A stretch of DNA of 61,270 nt from Craspedostauros australis (lineage: Eukaryota). Where the stretch lies: contig JALAGF010004571.1 of the NCBI GenBank assembly GCA_030167865.1, forward strand, positions 1 through 61,270, written 5' to 3'. Of this stretch, positions 10,452-22,600 are shown piece after piece. The notes below the pieces were generated by a model, which was not told the DNA's origin, made no database searches, and saw only the letters and a program-made list of their open reading frames with translations. Positions within the stretch are counted from its first letter, which is position 1, and each line of letters begins with the position of its first letter. The position numbers and the translations under genes are program-made.

Positions 10452-11821
10452 ATGAAGTTCACCATCGCCTCCGTCGCGCTCGGCTTGGCCGCATCATGCG
10501 CATCGGCTTACCAGCCGCAGCAACCACAGCAGCAGGTGGACCGACGCGGATTCTTCGCGAAGGGCGCAGCTGGTGCCGCTTTCGCTGTGGGATCTGGCAT
10601 GATGCAGCCTTCGGCGGCGCAGGCCTTCGACTTCGGCGGTTCCATCAAGTTCGGCGACGAATCCATCATGGTTCAGAAGGCGCACGGCACGTCGGAGCAA
10701 CCAGTGCAGTCCGATCTCCTCTACGGCGTCTCCAACAAGCTGGCTGACCGCATCTGCAACTACAACCGTCACTTCGCGGAGATGGGAGGCTACTTCCGAT
10801 CGACCGCCTTCGAGGACATCGTGCTCGAAGCCAAGGGACCAATTACCTTCTACGATTCCGTGACCGGCAAGGCCCTCTTCGTCGCCCCGATCAACCGATC
10901 GCCGGAGGAGTTTGTGAAGGAATCGCAGGTGCATGGGTGGTAGGTGCATTGCAGCTTCGCACGGCGCTTTTCATGCACCATGTGTGGAATGCACACACAG
11001 GGCAACGATCACAGAATCCATCTTCTCACCGCCTTGCCCTTGAACCTCTCATTGTCATGTTCCTACCCTGCATGGTGCTGCCTGCATGATGCTGCCTGCA
11101 TGATGCTACCTGCATGATGCTACCTGCATGATGCTGCCTGCGCTCTTATTTTATTCTCCTCCCTTTTGTGGCGGCCATCGCCGTATTACAGGCCAAGTTT
11201 CAGAGACTCTGAGGTAAGAGAAGATGGCTGAAACGTTGCCCGAAGATGTCAGCAAAATCGCGGACGCGCCTTGCGTTCGTTTCCACTGCCACGCCGTCGC
11301 TCTACATCGGAGGCAATCAAGATATTATCATGAGCTGTCAATCATGAGGAGTGCAGACACGCGTCACCATTCGGCCAGCGGAACGATCATGGATCGAAGC
11401 AAATCCAAGAAATTTGGAGTCCATCCCAATCTCACTTTGTCTCTTCTTGCTCCCTTTCTCCGCGGCACTTTCGCCATGCATCATATCAATTGACCTTGTT
11501 TCGCAACACTCTTTCTAATCGACGACAATCGAGCGCAGGTTGTTTGGGAGAACGTCCGGGTGCTGAAGTCATCTGGCGAGACCGTTTCCGTTGATGGAAC
11601 ACACTTGGTAAGTTGCACTTGAAACAGGCGACGTTTGGAAGGATATTTGCTTGATGTTGGTTAAATGTCGCTGCTGGGCACGTTTGCACTTAGTGCTTCT
11701 CACCGATTGCATCTCTCACTCTACCTCTCGCCACGAATAGGGCCACAACCTCCCAGATCGACGAGGGAACAGATACTGCATCAATCTCGTGAGCATCGCG
11801 GGACAGCCAAACATCGCCTAA
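10452..11821 (+). CDS. Methionine sulfoxide reductase B-like protein, predicted plastid/thylakoid lumen; exons 10452-10939, 11192-11213, 11539-11607, 11741-11821
   Basis: Splicing at canonical GT-AG sites restores the MsrB motifs HGWPSFRD, HLGH and RYCIN. The presequence has a signal peptide ending ASA-Y, then DRRGFF, a hydrophobic stretch and AQA (Tat-type). Confidence 0.85.
11067..11141. repeat. 14-nt minisatellite (CCTGCATGATGCTR) x5 in intron 1 of the MsrB-like gene
   Basis: cctgcatggtgctg cctgcatgatgctg cctgcatgatgcta cctgcatgatgcta cctgcatgatgctg cctgc. Confidence 0.9.
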
Positions 11822-12498
11822 AGCATCACGCCTCAGGTGATCTTCTCCAAACGAGTTCTTGCAGATCACTTGCTGCCGTTGTCGTCGGTGCTGTTCTTGA
11901 TGTTGGCATCAGCGAATCGAGTACTCTGCCATGCTACAATCACGGCGGTGGGCTTCTTTTCGTCTGTGTGCAATCAGAATGACTGGAGGAAATGAGAAGC
12001 AGACTGAGCACGCTGGACTCTCCCAACCTTCTTCCCTTCAGAGCCCTCAATACTCGTAGTTGGAGCGGTACTCACCGTGGCTCGATATACATACCTTCGG
12101 GCAGCACAGCATCACACGTCACCTACACAGGGATCGGGCACATGCCTGCCGGGGCCTGATCCACGAGGACGCTATAAGAAAGCAACTCCGCAACCGCATG
12201 ATGAACAATGAGGTCGATGGGTCCTTGGCGGGCACTCCCGGACGGACAAAGATGTTTCCACATCCACGATCATGTCCGTACGTACGGTCAGCACCAACAG
12301 AAGCGAAAGAGGATCCAAGTTCGCGGCAAAGACAACGATGGCGAATGTTTCATGCAAAAAGCGGATTCCGAGCGTGAATGAACAGGAGATGAACATTAAC
12401 CAAAACATCATTCGAATCAGAGACGGTTGGCAGGAAGCAGTCTGCTTTCACGCTCAAGCACTAATAGAGGTCATTCCAATATATTACTATACACTTTT

Positions 12499-14592
12499 TT
12501 ATTTTCCCTCACTGTTGTTCTGGTGCAGCAAGCAGTCGACTACGGCAAGACATCCCAGCAGCTGCTGCCGAATGGCCAGTCGGGCGGCCGTTGTCTGCTT
12601 CGAAGTAGAGTCTTTCCAAGGTGATTGCTCCAGCAACGAAAAACACGTCGGTCTTTGCACATGGTTGCGCGAGTTGATGATCGCAGCGCGAGGGTTGTCG
12701 AGTTGCAACGGATTGGTAGGAGTATGATGAACATCTGGCCATCCGCTCATCATGACCTGGTCAAGAGCCATGATCCCTGCGCGTCTCAAAAATGGACCTT
12801 CGCCGCCCAAGGCAGGTCGCAAAGCGCCTGGAAGAATCTTGTCTGCGCTTGCGAACAATTGGGGTGCCGTGGCAGCTTCGCCAGCTGCACGAGCAGCATC
12901 GATGGAGGCCCGCGATGCTGTCAGCTCTGCTGATGTATCGCGTTGAGGGTGCGTGTGGTGCCAACGAGGGTGCGTCGGGATAGAGCTTTGCCGGGTGGGT
13001 CCGTTGATGGTGTCCATAGTCAATCGCTTGCGGGCCTCGGCGACTCCTTGATCCGTCGTGCTCCAGCGAGTGCGCAAAACGCCACCGTCTTGACACGGCA
13101 AGACGCCGGTCCCGTCCCAAGCATGGGGATGAAGCGTCTGAAGGGACTTCTGAAGACCAGCGGCAGCGAATGATGCCTTCGCGCTTGTGTGAGCGGAGCC
13201 AGTCGCGTTGGTTCCGCGGCTCTCCTTGTTCTCGGGCACCCTGGGGCGTAGATGGGCAATCGGATGGGCCTGTCTTTCATGAGTATCAGTGGCCACCGGT
13301 GCTTTTGTGACTCGAGGGCGGCACGGCTGCATAGAAGAAAGAGAAGCTTGAGATTTGCGGTCGGCTGAGATGACCTGTTTGGCCTTGGCCTCACCGCGCG
13401 TGTGATGCTGACGAACCTTGTGGCGGAATGCCTGCTTCGTCTTTTGCAAAAGCAACTTCTCATCAGTTACGATCTCATAGACCTCACCAGGTGCCGCAGC
13501 CGGAGATGAAGACGGCAGCGATTGGCCGGCTCGTGTGAGCGCGATGGCTTCTTCAGGATCAAGCCGGCGCAAGAACCGGCCTTTCTTTGCACGGATGGTG
13601 GCAATCACAGCCCTGGCGAGCTTCATCTTATCTCCACGAACTGGAGCATCCTGATACTCCTTGTACTTTTGGCGGATCAACGACCTGAATGCGATGTTGC
13701 CGCCTTGATCGTGTGAGATTGTGCCACGGCCCAAAAGCACGTCGTTCGCTCTCACTTCTGCATCCGTGACGAACATACCTTCGCTTTGCTTTGGGTTTGT
13801 TACTCCATTTGCGTTTGCGTTGATGCTTGGTCCGGTGAAGGCTCGAGGAATCTTCTCGTTAGCGAGGGTAGGGGCAGTGGCTGCAGAGAAGCTGCTGCTG
13901 GTGAGGCTGCCGCTGCTAATGTTGCTGGCGAGGCCGACGCTGGGACTGTTAGTGGAGCCGTTCGTGGTAGCGCGGTGGCTGAATGTTGCCCCATTGTTCT
14001 GGCAGCGTTCCCGATGAAGGGTGCCGGCGTCTCCAGTTGCAAACTCGCGACATGTTGGGGAAGACCCGCAGGCTGTCGCCAATCTCAAAGAGATCAACGC
14101 GTCCTCCAGCTGTTTCCCCGGAACTGAGACAGCAAGCAGAGATTGCTTGCGCAACAGTTCAGAGGACTCCACAAGCTGCTGCTGTGCTGCGGATTGATGG
14201 AATGGTTGGTTCATTTCCTTGGCCAAATCAAGGTATCTGTCCATGGTGGAGCTTGGATCAAGCATCGTCAAATCACTGACTTTTCTCGATTGTTCTGGGT
14301 GCAACATTTTCAACGATTCTTCGGGGCGTCGGGAGTGTTCTCTCACCGTGGACTGTGTTTCACAACGTGAAATGTTCTGGGGATGGGCTAGTGTTGGTGG
14401 AAGGTTTGAGCGATGGCAAAGCCGATTCAGCGTCTTTTGCAATGGGATGATATGATAGTCTCGATTGCTGGATGTGTGTTGTCTTGGTGTTTGGCTTCTT
14501 GGCGAGATTGTGAGACCATTTGGTTTTGCTTTGGCGAGCGTCGGCTTTGGCCTGCGGCCATGGCGTCCGACGGGGGAAAGCACTGTTATCAT
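12499..14592 (-). CDS. DUF6824-domain protein (diatom-expanded); true start may be ATG 14307
   Basis: 697-aa ORF containing NDVLLGRG...GNIAFRSLI...Y...K..LA..VI..I....GRFL...K.KQAFR, flanked by low-complexity sequence. Confidence 0.8.
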   Translation of the reverse strand: MITVLSPVGRHGRRPKPTLAKAKPNGLTISPRSQTPRQHTSSNRDYHIIPLQKTLNRLCHRSNLPPTLAHPQNISRCETQSTVREHSRRPEESLKMLHPEQSRKVSDLTMLDPSSTMDRYLDLAKEMNQPFHQSAAQQQLVESSELLRKQSLLAVSVPGKQLEDALISLRLATACGSSPTCREFATGDAGTLHRERCQNNGATFSHRATTNGSTNSPSVGLASNISSGSLTSSSFSAATAPTLANEKIPRAFTGPSINANANGVTNPKQSEGMFVTDAEVRANDVLLGRGTISHDQGGNIAFRSLIRQKYKEYQDAPVRGDKMKLARAVIATIRAKKGRFLRRLDPEEAIALTRAGQSLPSSSPAAAPGEVYEIVTDEKLLLQKTKQAFRHKVRQHHTRGEAKAKQVISADRKSQASLSSMQPCRPRVTKAPVATDTHERQAHPIAHLRPRVPENKESRGTNATGSAHTSAKASFAAAGLQKSLQTLHPHAWDGTGVLPCQDGGVLRTRWSTTDQGVAEARKRLTMDTINGPTRQSSIPTHPRWHHTHPQRDTSAELTASRASIDAARAAGEAATAPQLFASADKILPGALRPALGGEGPFLRRAGIMALDQVMMSGWPDVHHTPTNPLQLDNPRAAIINSRNHVQRPTCFSLLEQSPWKDSTSKQTTAARLAIRQQLLGCLAVVDCLLHQNNSEGK

Positions 14593-16641
14593 TGCTGCAC
14601 TCCTTCACACACAACGTCTGACGGAGTGCGCAATCCTCGTGCGTGGATCGCGATCCTGTTGCTGTCCCTGTTGGTGGTGGCGTTGGTAGCAGTGGCAGCG
14701 CTTGCTAATGTTGAGGACGCACTGCTCGTAGGTGAGGTACTAGCGCGAGTGCGAGTGCGAGTGCGAGCATGGAACGCGAATGTGTACCTGGTGTTGGCGT
14801 GAATGTCGACGTCGTCGTTGGTGGCCGATGGTGGCGCCCTCCGCATCAACCATCCATGGAGCACGTGGATACGAGTACAGTAGCTTCATTGCTCAACCTT
14901 CTCCCTGGGGCTGGTGTCCATTGGCTCCTCCGAGGGCTCCTGGCAGTAGTATGGAAGGTATAAGTGTCCGCCATGTCATGTTTTGTGAAGTTGTACTGGC
15001 TACCCGCTTTGTGACTTCGACGTTCGTCTTGACAAGCTGTGTCTTGATGCCATGTCGGTGGATACAAGCTTATTTCGTCGACACAAGACAAGGAGTATCG
15101 ATGGCTTCGTGAGGCTGATGGCGTGCTATTTCCATCGACTCTTGCATGCACCTGTAGGCTGCCTTTCTTCAGTCAGCCTGTGTGAGTGTGATAGCTATTA
15201 CATAATATTCTATTATACACGGGCGATGTTTGTGCAACGAGTTGCCTCTCCCTCCAGTTGCATCGTGCGAGTACGAGTACGAGTACAAATACGGGTTTAA
15301 GTTCAAGTACGCGACAGGAAATGATGGTCTGTGTGACCCCAGTTTTGGCGATATATGTTACGCCGCAAAAAGTGGCGTAACGGTGTTGGTTGGTCGTGAG
15401 GGGCTGGCTGATGCGAGAAGCACTTGTGCCGATCCTCTGTGCCAAACCTCTGTGCCAAAATGTCTTGAAAAAAGAAGGGCTGGGAGGAAGAAGGAGCCTT
15501 GCTTGCATAGAAAGTCACAGGATCAGGGACGGGGCACTTAAAATGTGTCTTTGGTCGTTGCGTCATCGCGCTGTTGGTCCATTCCGATGTCGGGGCCTCG
15601 TTCCTTGCGCGCGCTATTTCCATCTTTCGCTCCTGTCTCTCCACCCTCGCGAGGCGATGTGTGGACAGGCCAAGATGTAATGTCCTGTGAAACCAGTCTT
15701 GATGCCCCCTGGCGGTGATGGTTTTGCTTTTTAAGAGTATCATCCGACTTCCCAGCCTTCACACGATGTCGGTCTGTGAGATCTGTAGCCACAGGTACGT
15801 GAGTGGTGCCGGTTTCCGCCCGAGCTATTCCATCCGTTCCTGGACAACCGGAGACAATTGTTTGTCCATGTCCGTGTTCTTGTGGGAGGCGAAAATTGGA
15901 CCAGAAAACATCACCAGTTCTGGAAATTTGGACAAGGGAGAACAAAAGGTCCCCACAACACAACTTGGCCTTGTATCGCCTCTTGTTGGAGGGTACGACG
16001 GTCATTTTTTCTGGTCCCAATGTCCAGGTGCGCTCTTCTACCATCTTGGTGAGCAACGTACGAGCAAGGATGACAAGGCAGTAGAAGGCGAGCGCAATGG
16101 TGAGCGTCGTACGAGTCAGCGCATGGCGCGGATGGTGCCACCAAGCAGGCACTTATGATAAGTTGATTTTCTTCTCCCGCTGTAGGAGCTACTAGCAGTG
16201 ACATGCATGGGCATCGGTACGATAAAGCATATTCTCGCACTGGAGTGATGGCACGATCGCCACGAAAACCCAAAGAGACTTGCGTCGCTGGATGCTATTT
16301 CTCCGCGACACGTTTGCTCTCACCGCAGAGATCGATTCGTTCTACTATCCTCGGGGGTACTCGAGAGTATTCGAATAATATGTCCGAGTGCTTGCATCCC
16401 GCATCCTTGCAAGCGAATAGTCATGGATGGATACGAGGCACACGTGCAAGAGGAACGGAGTTGTGCCCATGCACAGCTCGTCGTCGTACTCCAAAGAGTA
16501 CAGCGGATGGACATCACAACGCGCTTCTTCTGGGTGGCAATGCGCGAGACCATGTGAGACCATGTAACACTGTACAGAAAGGCAGAGCAGCGTGATGACA
16601 CTGAGGCGATTTGGTCTGATCGTGATTTCCTTCTTCATAGT

Positions 16642-19600
16642 CTAATCTTCCATTGGAATTGCAGAGGCTACAGTTCGACTCCCACCGGCATGTGATGTGC
16701 CTTGCGTCCCACCCCCAACTGCCGCAACTGCTCCGTTCGACGACGCCGCAGTCGTGACCTCATTGTCGTCGTAGCTGCCGTTGTCTTCGCCATTGCAGCC
16801 TCCGACGTTGATGTCATCGGGAGGAAGAATTTCTACTAGCGATTTCCTCGCTGAAGTCTTGGTGGATGCAAAGAAGGATTCCAACCCAGTCTGGATGCTG
16901 GCCGTGCCGAGCGTTCTTTTGCCTCCCACATTTGCCAATCTGTCGAAGCTCTTCCGTTGCTGCATCTTGATACGACGCTGCTTGATGAGCTGCTTGGATT
17001 CTTCAGCTTCCTCTTCGGCGTGAAGCTCTCGCACCAACTGGTTGGCTCGCATTTGAATGACAAACTTGGTCAACCCAAGCTCCCGCAGCATGAGGGTTGA
17101 GGGTGCGCCCCCCTTGTTGCTTGCGTCCTGTCATTTGGCATGGCACGACAGGGAACGGTGCCATATTGAAACGAAAATGAGCGCCGCAGCGAGATGAGAA
17201 AGGACTCAACCGAAGGGAGTCAAACAGCGCCCAATCGACAGAAGTAGCAGACGTGGGGGATTATGTGGGGCAATCCACGAGGGGCCAGGTGAGATTTGCG
17301 AATCGAACATCGACTTCGTCATCAACTGAACCTTCGAACCAGTTCAAAGAAATACATCCATGTTGAACACCTCCATCTACCTACCTTCATGAAAGGCCCA
17401 AAGCCATTCACCTGCATTTGCATATTGAAAAATCCGAATTGAACCAATCGTTGCAGCAACAGGTAATCGTTGGTTTGTCCCGTCACGTCGATCATTCGAG
17501 ATTCATCATTTGTAGCACCCTCAGTTGATTTGTCCCACCACTCCGGCTGCTTGTCCCACACTTCGCCAATCTTCCTTGACCGTTCAGATGCGAGCGCGAC
17601 CTTCATTTGCATGTCCCCTTCGCTGTACTTCAAGAACAGCGATCTTGCCCTTGTTGGCATGGCAATTTGTCCAATCACCGTTTTACAGCTCTTCTTGTCC
17701 AGAAAAGAGGCGACGGAAAAGCGTTCGAATTCCGGGTGCGTCTCGACAAGCTCCTTCGTTGTGTAGGCCAGTGGCGACCCTGTGGTGTCGACGATGTTGA
17801 GCTGCTTGGCCAGGCGAGTGAGTTCCTTGCCGAACCAACCGCTAAGTTTTGGACCCAGACCGAACTCTTGCTTATGCACGGTTTTGGGCGATGCCCATGA
17901 GGATGTGGTGCTGGTTCTTCGCAGCTTTTCGAGCAACATGACACTGGAAGATACCATAGAGGTGTGCCATACACATGCAAAGACCGAAGCAGGACGATGT
18001 TTGAAGAAGAAAACAAATGCACATGTTGTTCAGTGGATGATGGAATTGAATAATCCAATTTGATGGACTGGGACACGTGCAGGTGCAGGTGCGAGCACAG
18101 ATAGAGGGGCAGAGCGTACGCAGATGGACGAGGGATGGACGCTGCTCAGCAGGACAAGCGCCGCAAGTCGCACGAGCTCTGAACCAACCAAATGAAAAGC
18201 AACGGGGCATTGTGATGTATTCGGAGGGGCCACCGAGATGGCATGCTCGGCGATGCCATGTCGAAATAGCAACGTCAACGGAAGGCAGCGGAAACCGCAA
18301 CAGCAACTTCAATGCAACAGGGCAGCAAATCAGAAAAGGACACGACACGACACGACAATATCACAATAAGATGTTCTCACCTCTTCTTCGCCAGCTTCAC
18401 CGGTTCCATCGCAAAGCTTTTGGCCGAGTCCGCAGCGTCCCTCTTCATTTCCACATCGTGCTGTGCCATTCGCAGCGACGTCTTCAGTTGCTCTGTGACC
18501 ACGGCTGAGGTGTTCCTTGCAATGGCTCGCTCGAGGGATGTCTTGACGGTGGAAAGGCGATCAGTGGCGCTTTGGTGGAAGTCGCTGGCACCCATGGAGA
18601 GCATGTTTGCGATGGACTGCCATGACGTCACATCGTATTCGACAAAACGCTTGTGTCGCTTCGTCTCCTCTTGATAATCATCCGTAGCCAGGGGAATGCC
18701 TTCGATGCAAAACGTGTACAGCATGAGAGTCTCGATCATTGTGAGTTGGAGCCCGCCCGAGGGATCTTCGTCGAGGACGAACCGATATGGTTGGTCACGG
18801 AACTTCTCTTGTGCCTTCCGCATGGCCCTGAAGATCGCGCGTTCACCTGCAGCATTCTCGTCGCGCCCTCCGGAAGTCTTTGGTAGTTCTTTGGGAAGTG
18901 TCGGTTTGATCTTGGCCATGGTCTGGCTGTCGACTGCAATGTCTCCGTTGGTCGCAGACATATTGTTGCGACTGTCGCCGCTGTTGCCAGGGCCCTTGCT
19001 ATTGGAGTGGAAACTGAGAGCGTCGCCGAGCTTGGCTTTCGCCTTGGCCTTGCCTTTGGACATTGTCTTGCTTATCTTGGCCACGGCAACTGGGAACAAG
19101 GCATCGCCCTCATTCCTTGCCGGAAGAGGCTCGAGCCCAGTGATGACCCGAAGCAGGTTCTTGCATTGTCGGCCATGCAGCTTGAGGGACTTCTTGACCA
19201 CCAGAATTTGATTGGCCACCTTGGTGAGTGACGCCACAACCTTTGGCCTGTCCCCCATGTCTTGGAATGCCTTGCGCAGCGCTAGTGTCTCCTCGTGGAC
19301 CACCGAGCACATCATCCGGCACTGATCGACGTTCCTGGTGAAGGAGGCCTTGCTGAGACCGCGGATGGACTCGGTGAGGAACGTGAAGGCTGGGTTGTCG
19401 ACATCAAGCGTGGCGTAGCCAAACTTCTCGTGTGGTCCTGCTTCTGTACACCGCGTGGGACTTTGGTTTATTGCGGGCGACGGCTTTCGTCCATCGGATG
19501 GCTCGTCTCCTCTCTGCCATGTATCTCGCTGAATTGCCAGTGCTGTTTTGATGATCACTGCTTTGGCTCGTCTCAACAGATCTTTCCGGGAAGGCAAGTC

Positions 19601-22600
19601 GATCACTTCGGGCACTGAGTTGGTGCCACTGCCGCACCTGGTAACCTGCAACAACAACGAATCATCAACCACCCATCGTGTATTCTGCGCTTCGCTGCCC
19701 GGCGTGTTCTCCTCGACTTCCGTCTCCACAAGCCCATACCCGTTGATGATCACCTTCTTGTTGATCGTCTTGACCTCCGGCAAGAGCTGGATTGTCTCGT
19801 TGAGGAAACGGCATGCGCGTTGCGCGACAGCGCGAACGCACGTCCTGGTCACTTCAGTCTTCTTCTCCTCAGTCTCCATGTTCTGCTTCATTTGGTCGTA
19901 ATCGGACTTATCGTACGGCATGCCCCACGCAATGTCTTGGTCCATGGCAATCGCCTGGCAAGCCTCCACCTTCTCAATCCAACCGTGCTTCGCAATGGCC
20001 TGCAGCAGCACGGCGTCGTGCTTCCGTGTCCACAATGGATGAGGCACACTGAACCTTCCGTCGATGATGAGATGTTCCTTGAGAATCGCTGTTGTCCCTG
20101 CGAAGCTATCGGCAGAACATGCTCGCACAGCGGAATGGACACCACCCATCAAGTCACAGTTCGTCAACAGCCGTCTTCCCAACGACAGCTTCGTCGCCTG
20201 CAACCGGTCGTTCATGAGCTGCAGGGGGGCGAACTTCTCCAGAAATTCCTTGAGCGTTGCGAAGGTCACATTCTTCGGTGTCAATGAGAGTAATCGTTCC
20301 TTCTGCGCGGAAGCATCGTCAAGGTCCTTGAGCCTTGCGGCTTCTACGTTTTGGAGCACAAGATTTGCCATGTTGGCGAGCTCTGGGTGAATCGTGCCCA
20401 CCTGTGTCAAGACGCTTTTTGGGGAATTGAACTATAGGCAGAGGAGGTTGTTTGTTTGTTTGTTGTTTGATTGTGGCGTAAGCATGCGTACGGGAGGCGC
20501 AGGATGTCGAGCGTAGGATGGGACGGAACGGGAAAAGATGAGATGAAAAGATGTAATGGCGGGCCTGTGAGTTGTTGCGTGATACATCACACACACACAC
20601 GCGCGCGCGCACAATCGTCAGGGCATACATTCGCCATTGCGTTCATTCGTCGGCTCTGTCGTTCTTTGGATCACTATTTGTGCCGTCGACTTTCTCAAAG
20701 GTGGCATGCGGCTTCTCGTATCACTGTACGATGCCATCACTTCCCCTCTGGTCTGTCGTACCTCTTTCTTCCCATGGAAAAACCTTGCTGCGATTCAATT
20801 TCATTTCGGCCATTGGAATGTGTGTGATTGTATTGATATATGTCGTAGGATGCGAATGCGTCCGTCCAACACAGGACGACGAGAGTGACAAGGAAAGAAG
20901 GAATGGATGAATGGTTGAGTGCGCGTTAGACCTGCACGGAGCGGATTCGAACCTGAATCAATCCTGCGCCAGAGAAAGGGAGCAACAGGAGCACGGTCTG
21001 GAGGCAAGCAAGTCATTCGAAGAAATCATGAGCGTCAACACGAGACGATACGTACCAACCTCGGAGTCCGACACTTCCACCTTCCACCCCCGCGGTTGCA
21101 ATGCGGACCAAAAGTCACGGTAGAAGTGCGTTTCGATGATGTCCTTGTACCTGCTCTGGGGTGTGCTGTTGTCGGTTTGCCGGGGTTCATTCACGCGTGC
21201 ATATTCAACAGAATCGGCAAAGGCTTTCGTGATCCAGGACAGATTACCAGCGATTAGCTGCTGGAGCATCGTCTCGACTTCGTCAGGGTCAACGTCGTCT
21301 TTCGCCTTCGCCTTGTGTGATGTCGTGGGAGCTTTCCCGTGTTCGTCATTTTTCTTCTCCATTTGCCTCCTCAATCTGTTCGAAACCGCTTGAGCCTCTT
21401 CTCGTGCTCCGTCGAGAAGAGACGTCAGCACAAGCGACCACCCCATTCTCCGCACCTATCAAGGCAAAGGTTGAGTTTGCCACCGTTGTCGCGAGTGAGA
21501 AAGAGGGACGGATGCACACATCAAGAGACAGAGAGCAGGTGTGACGTGATGTGATGCAATGTGAGAGGCGGAAAGAGTCGATGGCACCCCGTCAAAAGCA
21601 AACAGGAAGAGCACCATTTTACGTTCGTGAAAGTTTGCGAGATAAAAGACCGCAACAAGCTCAAAATGGAAATAGCGATCCATGGCGCCTGCGACAGCCA
21701 CAGTGATGGCAACCATCAAGTCGACATCACGTCAACATCTCCTGTTCTTACCTCTTCAATCAAGTGCGTGCTCTCAGGTGTGATCTTGCGTTGGATTTCC
21801 TCCCACCCAATGTTGCCGTATCCGTGCGCCAACAATGCCTTGACCAGGGAATCGGCTTGCGCACGTCTCCAATTGGCTGCCTTGTTACCGCCCCAGCGGG
21901 ATCTTTCCAGCTCGGATTCATCTTCCACACTGCTGTCGTCATTGTCGTCGTCATCATTGAACGCCGTGTTGTCCAGCGTACTGCCGTAACCCAGCGCCTC
22001 GTCGATGCGTTGGTGGTACTGCGTTTCGGAGTAGTTCGTTCGTTGGCGTTTCCGCCTGCGCGGCTTCAACACGACCTCCTCTTCTTCCGCAGCAGCTCCG
22101 ACCATCTTCTTCCAAAAGTCAGGATCCTCGATATCCACATCCTCATCGGTGCCTTGCTTCCCGTCCGCTGCTTGCGGTGCAACGAAGCTGGCTTTTGAGA
22201 ATGTTCCGCCTTTGGCATTGCTTGAGCTTCCTGTGTTCTTGTGGACCACGGTGCGGCTCCGTCTATCCAAGATGGAATCAATATCCTGCTGGACGAACGC
22301 GTTGCTTTCGGCCTCGGCAGTTCCAGCCTTCTCTTCGTTGAAGATGTCGTATGCACCGTGCCGCAGCAACCGCTCAACTTCATCCTTCGTGAGGCTTCCC
22401 TGCAAATCCCCATCGTGCAGGAATGAAAGGTTGGAATCAAGACGAACAAAATGATTTCAATATTGCATGTGGGAGCATGAAGAGTCAGGGCAGCCAGTGC
22501 TGTGAGAATTGAAGGACGAGGTCAAGATCCAGCACTGCATGACATAGGACGCTTCAGCCATGTAGCGAGGGCACTCTCAAATGCTCAGTGGCATCGCAGC

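Noticed and set aside
11067-11141. Short direct repeats resembling a CRISPR array (also 52141-52265)
   Set aside because: They are head-to-tail with no unique spacers, intronic, in a eukaryotic context, and there are no cas genes.
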